Shown in pieces: positions 63,612-64,000 of a stretch of 64,000 nt of DNA (position 1 is the stretch's first letter; each line of letters opens with the position of its first letter). A program made the position numbers and the translations under genes. The notes under the pieces are model-generated. The model was given only the letters and a program-made list of their open reading frames with translations. It did no database searches and was not told the origin of the DNA. Source of the DNA: Octopus bimaculoides (lineage: Eukaryota); assembly GCF_001194135.2 (NCBI RefSeq), contig NC_068981.1:174151386-174215385 (forward strand). Reading direction: 5' to 3'.

Positions 63612-63830
63612 TTTACTTGTTTCAGCCATTGGGCCGCAGCCATGGTCAGGTGCCGCTATGAAAGGTTTAGTCGGACAAATCGACTCTAGTACTTACGTTT
63701 ATGTTTTTTTTGTTTTTTAAATCTGATACTTATTCCATCGGTCTCTCATTGACCACCGAGCCACTATGTTACGGGGGCGTTAATAGACCAACACCAATTG
63801 TCAAGCGGTGGTAGGTACAAACACGAAGAC
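63612..63830 (-). mobile_element. SINE family B 3' half
   Basis: TTTACTTGTTTCAGCCATTGGGCCGCAGCCATGG...ATGTTACGGGGGCGT...CCAATTGTCAAGCGGTGG, running into (CA)n/(TA)n to the window end. Confidence 0.85.
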
Positions 63831-63939
63831 ACACGCATACACACATACGCATACACACACACACACACGCATACACAAACATACACAAGCATACACAAAC
63901 ATACACACACATATACACACTCACACACATATATGTATG

Positions 63940-64000
<61 letters not shown>

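Overview
Eukaryotic, AT-rich, repeat-saturated genomic DNA with 15 N-gaps. The SINE repertoire and extreme microsatellite load suggest a coleoid cephalopod, probably Octopus (inference). I could not identify any intact host gene, tRNA/rRNA gene or complete autonomous transposon; most long ORFs in the track are microsatellite or N-gap read-throughs. The window is a transposon graveyard. It holds about 40 copies or fragments of at least 5 tRNA-derived SINE families (called A-E here); 3' and RT remnants of two restriction-like-endonuclease (RLE) LINE families (an R4/Dong-like one sitting in (AAT)n tracts, and a second ending GTVKICKTFxKFII); four mariner remnants; and Tx1/L1-, Penelope- and CR1-like relics, MITEs and minisatellites. 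The most interesting structures are a head-to-head (5'-5') foldback mariner with a visible microhomology junction, a 257-bp inverted duplication bracketing a Tx1 relic, SINE families that exchange head/core/tail modules, (AAT)n-centred nests of SINEs and Dong LINEs, degenerate hammerhead-like and HDV-topology RNA motifs, and a 4x ~155-bp tandem array of a dispersed repeat. I see no convincing evidence for a novel gene-encoded system. All alignments and translations were done by eye.
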